Virus record (IMG/VR): IMGVR_UViG_2778261250_000007
From: a virus
Taxonomy: Duplodnaviria; Heunggongvirae; Uroviricota; Caudoviricetes
Direction: 5' to 3' (one strand)
DNA length: 34,974 nucleotides
Shown here: positions 19,069 to 27,477 of the stretch, piece after piece
Numbering within the stretch: position 1 is the first letter of the stretch
How the letters are laid out: every line of letters begins with the position of its first letter
Notes under the pieces: generated by a model
Database searches by the model: none
What the model saw: only the letters and a program-made list of their open reading frames with translations
Told to the model about the DNA's origin: nothing
Translations under genes and position numbers: made by a program

Positions 19069-19532
19069 CAGATAAGCTCCACTGTGCAGTGCGGCGCATC
19101 CTGCACCCGGCTGATGGCCCAGCGGGCGTCACGCCACAAATCACCGCTGGATTCCGCCAGTTCCTCGCCTCGCTTCACACCGGATGCCGTGGCGTCATAG
19201 TCCTGGTATCGTTCGTTGAGCATGGCGCGTGCCCAGCAGTAAACCGCGTTGAAATAGTGCTGAATGCGCTCACTTTTGCCGTCCAGCTGTTCCGCCGGAA
19301 CCTCAGCCAGCGACACATACCCCAGCATCTGCTGGCGTCTGCGAAACTCATACAGCTCTGCGTTGACCTCCGAAATTGCCGACAGCGCAACCTGCTTTAA
19401 ACGCGGCTGCGTCACCGTGCCGTCAGTGCGCATGACACTGCGAAACTCCGACAGGTCCACATCAGGCCAGAACGGCGTATTTCTAATGATTTCCGCCTGT
19501 TCCGGTGCCTGTTCTGGCGCAACAAACTTCAT
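19068..19532 (-). CDS. L: Capsid completion protein L
   Basis: 154 aa from ATG at 19532 (MKFVAPEQ...) with AGGAG upstream. The track ORF begins further upstream at GTG. Confidence 0.8.
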   Translation of the reverse strand: MKFVAPEQAPEQAEIIRNTPFWPDVDLSEFRSVMRTDGTVTQPRLKQVALSAISEVNAELYEFRRRQQMLGYVSLAEVPAEQLDGKSERIQHYFNAVYCWARAMLNERYQDYDATASGVKRGEELAESSGDLWRDARWAISRVQDAPHCTVELI

Positions 19533-19627
19533 GCTGCTTTCTCCTGAAATAGAGGGCGGTGGACGGGGTTTTGATGTGGCAGTGCCTTTCGCCACCCCGT
19601 GCCGCCCGTGCGCGGGGGCACGTTCTG

Positions 19628-20278
19628 TCAGCGGCTGTCATTACGCAGTCTGCGCTCCAGCTGCTGTTTGTCTTTTTTCACGCCACAGCGGGGATCGAGC
19701 TGTAACGCATGGTTGAGATGGTTAAGGGCAGAAGCCGGATTGCTTTCACTTAGGACAGCGCCAATCGCTTTATGCAGACGCGCTCGTGACTGGTCCGGCA
19801 TATCCAGACCGTCTGTCAGCTCCAGCGTCTGCAACAACAGATCGGCATCAAAGCCGGTGGCGGCAAGCATTGCGCTCTGCGCCGCGTCTGCCATTTCCTC
19901 TGCCAGCACGGTCTGCACATTGCGGTTACCCAGCGGCATCACCCAGCCATGACGCAGGGCATGACGCCCGATCTCCAGCGCCCCGGCATAATCTCCGGCA
20001 TCAATGCGCCACAGCATCACGTACATCAGCACGTCATCCTGCTGTGCGCCTCCAGCAGTCAGGACACCCTCTGCCCAGGCGGCGTACTTCGGCAGCAGCT
20101 CCACCTTAATTTCCGCTTTTTTCACCGTGGACTGAACGCCCTTGAGACGGCGGCGGTCTTCCGCCAGTTGCAGCAGCATCAGGTCATAACCCGACGCGTG
20201 GCGAACACTGCCGCCCTCGCGGGCGGCCTGTTCAGCCTGAACGCGCAGGCGATGCTGCCGTGCGGGACTCAGGCTCAT
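19628..20278 (-). CDS. M: Terminase endonuclease (small) subunit M
   Basis: 216 aa, ATG at 20278, downstream of N. Confidence 0.8.
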   Translation of the reverse strand: MSLSPARQHRLRVQAEQAAREGGSVRHASGYDLMLLQLAEDRRRLKGVQSTVKKAEIKVELLPKYAAWAEGVLTAGGAQQDDVLMYVMLWRIDAGDYAGALEIGRHALRHGWVMPLGNRNVQTVLAEEMADAAQSAMLAATGFDADLLLQTLELTDGLDMPDQSRARLHKAIGAVLSESNPASALNHLNHALQLDPRCGVKKDKQQLERRLRNDSR

Positions 20279-20281
20279 GGT

Positions 20282-21337
20282 TTATGCTCCGGCTTCTGCG
20301 GCGGCGCTGAAGTCACCAATCTGGATGTTTTCCACCAGTGCTGCGCAGCGGTAGTCCTCAACCACATAGGCTTCGTTAACTGATTCAAAGTTTTCAATCC
20401 GGTCACGTTTCGGGTTGTCGATAACCGAACGGCGGCGGGTGTCCTCCTGCCAGTAAATGGACAGGTTATCCAGACGGGTGATCAGCAGCGCATTCGGCGG
20501 GAAGAACGGCGCACGCACGGCCTGCAGGCCACCCATGCGTTTCTGACTGATGATCATATCGGCAGCCAGTTTTTCACTGTTTTCCTGGTCTTTGTTGACC
20601 AGCGGGAAATACTTGTCAGACAGCAGCTCACGACCACAAATCACCACCAGATCGTCATCGTCCTGGTAGACCACGTCGATAAGCTCATTGACCGCATCCA
20701 TCACCACGGCGTCCAGGTTGGCATATTCGCCACCTTTCCCGACTTTCACCGCACCCGGTGTGGTTTCACCGCCCGTGGTGGTGCTGCCCATGACGTGATC
20801 CGGTGCATCCTCACGGATTTTCTGCAGCCAGCCTTTGTTCACATCCTGCAGCAGCGGGTTTTCGCTACGGTTAGAGGTTTTCGCACGCTTCACGCCGTTA
20901 AAGCCGATCATGATGCGGTCCAGCGCCTGACGTTTCACGATGGCGTTACGGATACGCACCTGGAAATCCTGAAACTTCGCCCACAGGTCCAGCTTCGCGT
21001 AGGTCAGCACCGTATCAAAGTTGGTCTGTTCGCATTTGTATTCCACATCGACCATCAGCGTCGGATCGACAGGTTCACGCTCTTTCGCGGTGGTGTCAGT
21101 GGTTCCGGCAATGGTGCTGCCAACCCCCAGCCCCAGCAGCTGACCGGACTGCTCAGTCACTGGCGTGACGTTAATCAGCGTCAGGAAAGCGGCGGACTGC
21201 TGGATCTGGTCTTCCAGCGTCTGCTGCACAGACGGCTCTACAGTGAACTTGCTGGACAGTTCTTCAACTGCCACACCGTTCAGACGCGCCAGTTGCTGCA
21301 GGTAAGCGTTAAAAGCAAAGCGGGTATTCTTCTTCAT
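20282..21337 (-). CDS. N: Major capsid protein N
   Basis: 351 aa, ATG at 21337; synteny O-N-M-L. Confidence 0.9.
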   Translation of the reverse strand: MKKNTRFAFNAYLQQLARLNGVAVEELSSKFTVEPSVQQTLEDQIQQSAAFLTLINVTPVTEQSGQLLGLGVGSTIAGTTDTTAKEREPVDPTLMVDVEYKCEQTNFDTVLTYAKLDLWAKFQDFQVRIRNAIVKRQALDRIMIGFNGVKRAKTSNRSENPLLQDVNKGWLQKIREDAPDHVMGSTTTGGETTPGAVKVGKGGEYANLDAVVMDAVNELIDVVYQDDDDLVVICGRELLSDKYFPLVNKDQENSEKLAADMIISQKRMGGLQAVRAPFFPPNALLITRLDNLSIYWQEDTRRRSVIDNPKRDRIENFESVNEAYVVEDYRCAALVENIQIGDFSAAAEAGA

Positions 21338-21353
21338 CAGGTTTTGTGCTCCA

Positions 21354-22187
21354 TCAGCAATTGGTCAGAGTGTCAGCGGGGGCGTTACCGCCTGTTACAC
21401 GCTGGCGGTAGTCCTGGCGGCTGTCTTCATGACTCAGCTTATTCACCAGTTCGTTAAAGGCGGTTTGCTGCTCCTGCAGAGCAGTCTCCAGCTCAGACAG
21501 GCGTTCTTCCTGCTCAGACAGGGATTTTTCGGTGCGTGCGCTCAGGTTCTGCTGCTCAGTGGCGACCAGCTCCACGGCCTTATGCACATCAGCGAACCGG
21601 GCGTCATCGGACTGCTCTTTTTTGGTAAACAACGCCGTGACGCGGGCAAACAGGGACGGTTTGTCATCCTGGACTTCTTCCAGTTCGATCACCGTTTCCT
21701 CTGCAGCGGTAAAAAGATTGGCGGGATTCTGCTTGCGGTTTGCCAGCGGGTTATGGGCTGCACTGGCGCTGAATGTCAGCATTTCCGTACCCAGACTGGC
21801 AGGATCATCAGTGGCAGCCAGGCCAACCAGGTAGGCTTTGCCCGTATCAGCGAACTTCGGGCTGACTTCCATAGAGGTGAATAATTTCTGGCCTTTTTTC
21901 ACCAGTTCCACCAAGGACTCCGTTGGCTCAACGTCGGCATACAGCGCCATCTTGCCTGCCAGCGGACCTTCCGTGATTTCTTCAGCAAACAGCGCCGTCA
22001 CTTTGCCGTAGCGGTTAAAGGTGCTGTCCGGCAGATAAGACTTGATGTGCTCAAGGTTAATCAGCGCGGTATACACCGCCGGGTTGTAGCTGGCTGCCAT
22101 CTGTTCCAGCCATTCACGCTGGATTTCGCGTCCGTCGGTAGTGGCACCTTCCACCCCGATGCGAAAACGCTTTGCTTTCACTGTCAT
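21354..22187 (-). CDS. O: Capsid scaffolding protein O
   Basis: 277 aa with an acidic coiled-coil C-terminus; ATG at 22187; divergent from P. Confidence 0.85.
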   Translation of the reverse strand: MTVKAKRFRIGVEGATTDGREIQREWLEQMAASYNPAVYTALINLEHIKSYLPDSTFNRYGKVTALFAEEITEGPLAGKMALYADVEPTESLVELVKKGQKLFTSMEVSPKFADTGKAYLVGLAATDDPASLGTEMLTFSASAAHNPLANRKQNPANLFTAAEETVIELEEVQDDKPSLFARVTALFTKKEQSDDARFADVHKAVELVATEQQNLSARTEKSLSEQEERLSELETALQEQQTAFNELVNKLSHEDSRQDYRQRVTGGNAPADTLTNC

Positions 22188-22265
22188 GAGCCGTGCTCCG
22201 TTAGAAAAAACTTACTGGAGCCTTATGGTTGCGGTGATGGGGGCAGTGAAACAATGCGCGGTATT

Positions 22266-22283
22266 TGTACCGACAACCACACA
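22266..22283. promoter_or_regulatory. Ogr-type late-promoter element TGT-N12-ACA in the divergent O/P promoter region
   Basis: TGTACCGACAACCACACA, about 87 bp from the O ATG and about 55 bp from the P ATG. Confidence 0.45.
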
Positions 22284-22329
22284 AACCGCAGGCGGGGAAA
22301 GCCTTCATTCAAGGCTGTAGGTTTGTGCC

Positions 22330-24096
22330 ATGAACACCACACTGACACCCGCAGATCTCGATCCCCGTCGGCAGGCCATGCTGCTGTACTTTCAGGGATA
22401 CCGCGTAGCCCGCATTGCTGAAATGCTGGGCGAGAAAGTTGCAACTGTTCACAGCTGGAAAAAACGCGACAAGTGGGGTGATTATGGGCCGCTGGATCAG
22501 ATGCAGCTCACCACCGCCGCACGCTATTGCCAGCTCATTATGAAGGAGCACAAAGAAGGGAAAGATTTCAAAGAAATTGACCTGCTGGCGCGCCAGTCGG
22601 AGCGCCACGCGCGGATCGGCAAGTTTAACAATGGCGGCAACGAAGCCGACTTAAACCCTAACGTCGCCAACCGCAACAAAGGCCCACGCCGTCAACCGGA
22701 AAAGAATGTCTTCACCGATGAACAGATTAAGAAGCTGGAAGAAATCTTCCATTCCTCCATGTTCAACTACCAGCGCCACTGGTGGGAAGCCGGAAAAACC
22801 AACCGCATCCGCAACCTGCTGAAGTCACGCCAGATCGGCGCGACCTTTTACTTTGCCCGTGAAGCCCTGATTGACGCCCTGCTTACCGGACGTAACCAGA
22901 TTTTCCTTTCTGCCAGTAAGGCACAGGCTCACGTTTTTAAGCAGTACATCATCGACTTCGCCAAAGAAGTCGAGGTGGAGCTGAAAGGCGATCCGATGGT
23001 GCTTCCTAACGGAGCCACGCTTTACTTCCTCGGCACCAATGCCCGCACGGCCCAGAGTTACCACGGCAACCTGTATCTGGATGAATATTTCTGGATACCG
23101 AAATTCCAGGAACTGCGCAAAGTGGCTTCCGGTATGGCTATTCACAAAAAATGGCGACAAACCTATTTTTCCACGCCATCCAGCCTGACACACAGTGCTT
23201 ATCCGTTCTGGTCCGGTGCGCTGTTCAACCGTGGGCGCAACAAAGCCGATAAGGTGGACATCGACCTGTCCCACAGCAATCTGGCCCCCGGCCTGCTGTG
23301 CGCAGACGGGCAATACCGCCAGATAGTCACCGTGGAAGATGCAGTGCGCGGCGGATGTAACCTTTTCGACCTTGACCAGTTGCGCATGGAGTACAGCCCG
23401 GACGAATACCAGAACCTGCTGATGTGCGAGTTTGTGGACGATCTCGCGTCCGTGTTTCCGCTCAGCGAGCTGCAGGCGTGCATGGTGGACAGCTGGGAAG
23501 TCTGGACCGACTTTCATGCACTGGCTCTGCGCCCGTTTGGCTGGCGCGAAGTGTGGATCGGTTATGACCCGGCAAAAGGTACGCAAAACGGCGACAGCGC
23601 CGGATGCGTGGTGGTGGCACCGCCAGCCGTGCCGGGCGGTAAGTTCCGCATTCTTGAGCGTCACCAGTGGCGCGGGATGGACTTCCGCGCCCAGGCTGAC
23701 GCCATCAAAAAACTGACCGAACAGTACAACGTGACCTATATCGGTATCGACTCGACCGGCGTTGGTCACGGGGTTTATGAGAACGTGAAAGCGTTCTTTC
23801 CTGCCGTCCGGGAGTTTGTCTACAACCCCAACGTTAAAAACGCCCTGGTACTCAAGGCCTACGACATTATCAGCCACCGCCGTCTGGAGTTTGACGCCGG
23901 GCACACCGACATTGCGCAGTCATTCATGGCTATCCGTCGCGCCACCACCGCCAGCGGCAACCGCCCGACCTATGAAGCCAACCGCAGCGAAGAAGCCAGC
24001 CACGCCGATCTGGCCTGGGCAACAATGCACGCACTGTTTAACGAACCGCTGCAGGGCGAGTCCGCCAATACCAGCAATATTGTGGAGATTTTTTGA
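22330..24096 (+). CDS. P: Terminase ATPase (large) subunit P
   Basis: 588 aa, ATG at 22330; a P2-type large terminase by size and position. Confidence 0.9.
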   Translation: MNTTLTPADLDPRRQAMLLYFQGYRVARIAEMLGEKVATVHSWKKRDKWGDYGPLDQMQLTTAARYCQLIMKEHKEGKDFKEIDLLARQSERHARIGKFNNGGNEADLNPNVANRNKGPRRQPEKNVFTDEQIKKLEEIFHSSMFNYQRHWWEAGKTNRIRNLLKSRQIGATFYFAREALIDALLTGRNQIFLSASKAQAHVFKQYIIDFAKEVEVELKGDPMVLPNGATLYFLGTNARTAQSYHGNLYLDEYFWIPKFQELRKVASGMAIHKKWRQTYFSTPSSLTHSAYPFWSGALFNRGRNKADKVDIDLSHSNLAPGLLCADGQYRQIVTVEDAVRGGCNLFDLDQLRMEYSPDEYQNLLMCEFVDDLASVFPLSELQACMVDSWEVWTDFHALALRPFGWREVWIGYDPAKGTQNGDSAGCVVVAPPAVPGGKFRILERHQWRGMDFRAQADAIKKLTEQYNVTYIGIDSTGVGHGVYENVKAFFPAVREFVYNPNVKNALVLKAYDIISHRRLEFDAGHTDIAQSFMAIRRATTASGNRPTYEANRSEEASHADLAWATMHALFNEPLQGESANTSNIVEIF

Positions 24097-25127
24097 TGGG
24101 AAAGAGTAAGAAAAACCGCGCTGCGGCGACGAAACAGAGCCAGCATAAAAATCAAACTTCAGCCGAAGCTTTCAGCTTTGGTGATCCCATTCCTGTACTG
24201 GACCGCCGCGAACTGCTGGACTATGTGGAATGCGTACAGACGGATCGCTGGTATGAGCCACCCGTAAGTTTTGACGGACTGGCACGCACCTTCCGCGCTG
24301 CCGTGCATCACAGCTCCCCGATTGCAGTAAAATGCAACATTCTGACCAGTACCTACATCCCTCACCCGCTGCTCAGCCAGCAGGCTTTTTCACGTTTTGT
24401 GCAGGACTATCTGGTATTTGGTAACGCCTACCTGGAGAAACGCACGAACCGCTTCGGTGAAGTTATCGCCCTTGAACCGGCCCTGGCAAAATACACCCGA
24501 CGCGGGTTAGACCTGGAAACCTACTGGTTTGTGCAATACGGTATGACAACACAGCCGTATCAGTTCACGAAAGGCAGCATCTTTCATCTGATGGAACCGG
24601 ACATCAACCAGGAGATCTACGGCCTGCCCGGTTATCTTTCTGCCATCCCATCCGCTTTGCTCAACGAGTCCGCCACGCTGTTCCGCCGCAAGTATTACAT
24701 CAACGGCAGCCATGCAGGCTTCATCATGTATATGACCGATGCCGCGCAGAATCAGGAGGATGTGAACAATCTCCGCAATGCGATGAAAAGCGCCAAAGGC
24801 CCTGGCAACTTCCGCAACCTGTTTATGTACTCGCCTAACGGCAAAAAGGACGGGATTCAGATCATCCCGTTGTCAGAAGTCGCGGCGAAGGATGAGTTTC
24901 TGAATATCAAAAATGTCAGCCGCGATGACATGATGGCAGCGCATCGTGTGCCGCCGCAAATGATGGGGATTATGCCGAATAATGTTGGGGGGTTTGGGGA
25001 TGTGGAGAAGGCAAGTAATGTATTTGTTCGTAACGAACTTATCCCCTTACAAAAACGTATCGAACAATTAAATCAATGGATAGGAAACACAATTATTAAT
25101 TTTTTACCATATTCTCTCCAAAGTTAA
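24096..25127 (+). CDS. Q: Portal protein Q
   Basis: 343 aa from ATG at 24096 (MGKSKKNRAAATKQ...), overlapping the P stop. Confidence 0.9.
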   Translation: MGKSKKNRAAATKQSQHKNQTSAEAFSFGDPIPVLDRRELLDYVECVQTDRWYEPPVSFDGLARTFRAAVHHSSPIAVKCNILTSTYIPHPLLSQQAFSRFVQDYLVFGNAYLEKRTNRFGEVIALEPALAKYTRRGLDLETYWFVQYGMTTQPYQFTKGSIFHLMEPDINQEIYGLPGYLSAIPSALLNESATLFRRKYYINGSHAGFIMYMTDAAQNQEDVNNLRNAMKSAKGPGNFRNLFMYSPNGKKDGIQIIPLSEVAAKDEFLNIKNVSRDDMMAAHRVPPQMMGIMPNNVGGFGDVEKASNVFVRNELIPLQKRIEQLNQWIGNTIINFLPYSLQS

Positions 25128-25139
25128 AAAATAGCATAT

Positions 25140-25162
25140 GGGTGCATAATGTTTATGCACCC
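25140..25162. terminator. Bidirectional terminator hairpin between convergent Q and the TIR gene
   Basis: Perfect 10-bp inverted repeat gggtgcataa / ttatgcaccc with a 3-nt loop, flanked by T-rich sequence on both strands. Confidence 0.45.
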
Positions 25163-25167
25163 TCTTA

Positions 25168-25785
25168 TTACCAGTTAAAAATTGATGAGCTGCGAATTGC
25201 AGGAACATCCGATGGATTTCGTTTAGCAGCTGGTTCCATCAACTTACGCTTATTAAATGCCTGATCAATATAATACTCAGGATTTTTAATAAAGACAGAG
25301 TATTTTACCAATGCACAATATACGTCAGAGTCATTATAATGGGGAACTGTTTTTTCATAAACATGATTCTTTCTAACCAGATAAGGCAAATAATAATCAT
25401 ATCCCAAACCTGGCGTTCTTAGACTTATAGAACATCCGCATGATGGATCTGCACATACTGCAGGAGTAAACACACTGTCGTAAATTTCATCTCTGATAAC
25501 ACCAATTAGACCATTATAGTTTTCTCCCCAGAGTGATGCTTGAATTTCAGTGTTTACAAATGGACGATTTTTGGTTTCCGTTCCAATAAGAACGACAGTA
25601 ACCGTTGAGTCTTTTAAAAAATCCTCACGAATAGTCCTCATTATTGTTTCATCAGTGTTAGTTGTACTAATGTCACCATCACTTACCGACTTATCAATAA
25701 ACGATTCTCCTCCGAATAAATCAATAATCTCATCTTTGAGATCTTGTTCGTTAGCATGATGATAACTAAGAAACGTCTTATGCAT
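25168..25785 (-). CDS. ThsB-like TIR-domain protein (TIR_like/DUF1863 type)
   Basis: 205 aa. N-terminal TFLSYHHANEQD and central STVTVVLIGTETKNRPFVNTEI resemble my recollection of Bacillus ThsB (VFFSFHYQDV and TSVTCVLIGSQTFNRRWVRYEI). ATG at 25785 preceded by GGAGTG and overlapping the upstream gene's TAA (TAATG). AT-rich. Confidence 0.7.
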   Translation of the reverse strand: MHKTFLSYHHANEQDLKDEIIDLFGGESFIDKSVSDGDISTTNTDETIMRTIREDFLKDSTVTVVLIGTETKNRPFVNTEIQASLWGENYNGLIGVIRDEIYDSVFTPAVCADPSCGCSISLRTPGLGYDYYLPYLVRKNHVYEKTVPHYNDSDVYCALVKYSVFIKNPEYYIDQAFNKRKLMEPAAKRNPSDVPAIRSSSIFNW

Positions 25786-26516
25786 TATTCACTCCATTTA
25801 TCAACATTTATATCAAACTCTTTGACTACCTTATCATTGAAGAAATCGTTTACTTCTTTAAAACCTTCCAATACTTGACTAAAATGATAATAATGCTTTT
25901 GTATAATACTTATAGGGGTTAAATGATACGGCAATGATATAAATTCGCCGTTAGGGTCTCTATCCTTTGTGGTCACTTTATCATGATCTGAAACATATTT
26001 ATGCCATCTCCGATAATTATTTTGATGTTTTGTTAAAAAAGAGTTTAAGGTTTTCAAAATTTCATTTGAAAGTAAATACAGTTTTTTATCTCTTTTTTTC
26101 TTCACATCTAGTAATTTCATTTCATCTCTAATGAATTTATAGCACTCATAATATGAGTTTAAAACTTCTTCAATTGAGTCATAATTCGGATCAAATTTAA
26201 ATAATGTTCGCTTCGTATCCAGATAATTTTTTACGCTCTTTTTAAAAAGAAGATCAGACTTATTTAGTAAAATATTAATACCACCAAAACTAAGTTGCTC
26301 CAATCTCAATGAATATCTTTGATGAAATGCACCGACCAGCAAGATATAAGCAACTAAAAATAGTATTAATACTGATAAAAAAGCACGAATTATGCTTACA
26401 TTTGACATGAAATTAACTATAAACCACCATTTTTCAAACGGTGAAAACGGAATGCTCCCCATGATAATAAGTAGAAGAACAAAGATACAACTCCATAAAA
26501 CCCACAATCTGTACAT
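25785..26516 (-). CDS. Two-TM membrane protein with a ~170-aa helical cytoplasmic domain; candidate effector partner of the TIR protein
   Basis: 243 aa from ATG at 26516 (RBS AAGGA). TM helices LWVLWSCIFVLLLIIMGSIPF and IIRAFLSVLILFLVAYILLVGAF. The soluble domain has no motifs I can assign (no Macro or SIR2 hallmarks). AT-rich; translationally coupled to the TIR gene. Confidence 0.6.
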   Translation of the reverse strand: MYRLWVLWSCIFVLLLIIMGSIPFSPFEKWWFIVNFMSNVSIIRAFLSVLILFLVAYILLVGAFHQRYSLRLEQLSFGGINILLNKSDLLFKKSVKNYLDTKRTLFKFDPNYDSIEEVLNSYYECYKFIRDEMKLLDVKKKRDKKLYLLSNEILKTLNSFLTKHQNNYRRWHKYVSDHDKVTTKDRDPNGEFISLPYHLTPISIIQKHYYHFSQVLEGFKEVNDFFNDKVVKEFDINVDKWSE

Positions 26517-26538
26517 AAGAAAGATCCTTTTTCTTTTT

Positions 26539-26566
26539 ATAATACTGCAACTACACCTCAAGTCAA
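26539..26566 (-). promoter_or_regulatory. Sigma70-like promoter for the TM/TIR operon (TTGACT-16-TATTAT)
   Basis: Minus-strand -35 TTGACT (26566..26561) and -10 TATTAT (26544..26539) with a 16-nt spacer, about 22 nt upstream of the ATG at 26516. Confidence 0.45.
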
Positions 26567-26668
26567 AACCCTCTTCTGATATTACCCTCTACTACAGTAA
26601 CCCATCACATGACCTCCGACTTATCAGAAGACTAGCCAAACTTTCTCAATCAAATCAGGTTGCGCGCG

Positions 26669-26687
26669 CTCGTATCCCCGCCACGCC
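26669..26687 (-). other. Candidate cos (cohesive-end) site of the P2/186 family
   Basis: The minus-strand sequence GGCGTGGCGGGGATACGAG matches the first 13 nt of the 186 cohesive end as I recall it (GGCGTGGCGGGGAAAGCAT; P2 is GGCGAGGCGGGGAAAGCAC). Exact termini not established. Confidence 0.4.
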
Positions 26688-26730
26688 TGCCCGCTTTATG
26701 TAGTGGTTTTCATGCACCTGCATGATCTAC

Positions 26731-26756
26731 GCAAAAGCCCGCCAGTTCTGGCGGGC
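26731..26756 (-). terminator. Intrinsic terminator (minus strand) downstream of the DinI-like gene
   Basis: 8-bp GC-rich stem (26737-26744 / 26749-26756, loop gttc), followed on the minus strand by TTTTGC. Confidence 0.4.
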
Positions 26757-26891
26757 CTTAGCAAAAACGATCCTCAAACGATCATGCGATCTCATGCGGC
26801 ATAGACATGCACTACAGAGCTAACGCCTCGCAAGGGCTCGTTGTTCAACCTTGCTGACGCCAGAAGCAAGTTCAGACGCCAGCAACGTTTC

Positions 26892-27125
26892 TTAATGCAG
26901 CCAGCTGTCGTCTTCCCACACCTTCTGCATAATTTTCATCACTTGTTTTCTTTCTTCGTCCAGTTGCAGTCCGGTTAGTTCCACACCGTTAGAGCTACCT
27001 TTGCGAATGCGAATTACCGTTTTGGGATACAGGGGGCGCAGATTGCGGTAAAGCTCGGATTCAAGGGCGTCCAGGGTAGACTGGCTAATCTTCTGCTCTT
27101 TATCGATCATTATTTCAATGCGCAT
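26892..27125 (-). CDS. DinI-family protein (SOS-associated; 186 tum-region-like)
   Basis: 77 aa from ATG at 27125 (RBS GAGGTG): MRIEIMIDKEQKISQSTLDALESELYRNL...VWEDDSWLH, resembling the DinI start MRIEVTI... and C-terminal W-E-x-D-D-W. The track ORF is longer (101 aa). Confidence 0.7.
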   Translation of the reverse strand: MRIEIMIDKEQKISQSTLDALESELYRNLRPLYPKTVIRIRKGSSNGVELTGLQLDEERKQVMKIMQKVWEDDSWLH

Positions 27126-27135
27126 AAAAGTCACC

Positions 27136-27324
27136 TCAGCTGATGACATCCATTGAGCGGTTGTATTCGTGGGTTCTGATTTTTGCCATGAGTTCATCAG
27201 TCAATTCAGAAACCCACTGCAGAGCCAGCCCCTTCTCTTCATCACTACACTCACTAGCCGCTACAAGCTTAAGAAAAAAATCAATGCGCTGGAGCTTCAA
27301 AGACTCCAAAAAATAGTCCTGCAT
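27136..27324 (-). CDS. Small hypothetical protein, first gene of the LexA-controlled unit
   Basis: 62 aa from ATG at 27324 with GGAGGA upstream (MQDYFLESLKLQRIDFF...). No recognisable domain. Confidence 0.4.
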   Translation of the reverse strand: MQDYFLESLKLQRIDFFLKLVAASECSDEEKGLALQWVSELTDELMAKIRTHEYNRSMDVIS

Positions 27325-27365
27325 CTTTCCTCCTATGACACCACACGCAACACTGTATGTATAAC

Positions 27366-27385
27366 CACTGTTTATATTTACAGTA
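27366..27385. promoter_or_regulatory. LexA (SOS) box
   Basis: cACTGTttATATtTACAGTA matches the LexA consensus TACTGTATATATATACAGTA at 17 of 20 positions (CTG-N10-CAG intact). It lies about 45 bp upstream of the small ORF and DinI-like gene. Confidence 0.6.
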
Positions 27386-27477
27386 TATAATAATCTTACT
27401 GATGTAAAACGTTTTTTTACGTTCATCAGCCTGATATGCCTGGTATTATTAAGAGCACGAATTGTTAATCCGCGTAA

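Noticed and set aside
22324-22341. Additional TGT-N12-ACA match overlapping the P start codon
   Set aside because: The motif is expected by chance about once per 4 kb; this copy lies inside the coding start rather than upstream of a promoter, so it is treated as coincidental.
22825-23904. 359-aa minus-strand ORF inside terminase gene P
   Set aside because: Entirely antisense to the terminase large subunit, whose identity is strong; a spurious open frame in GC-rich DNA.
26517-26561. Upstream extension of the 2-TM protein ORF to a TTG at 26561
   Set aside because: The TTG lies inside the predicted -35 hexamer of the operon promoter, whereas the ATG at 26516 has an RBS (AAGGA); the shorter start is preferred.
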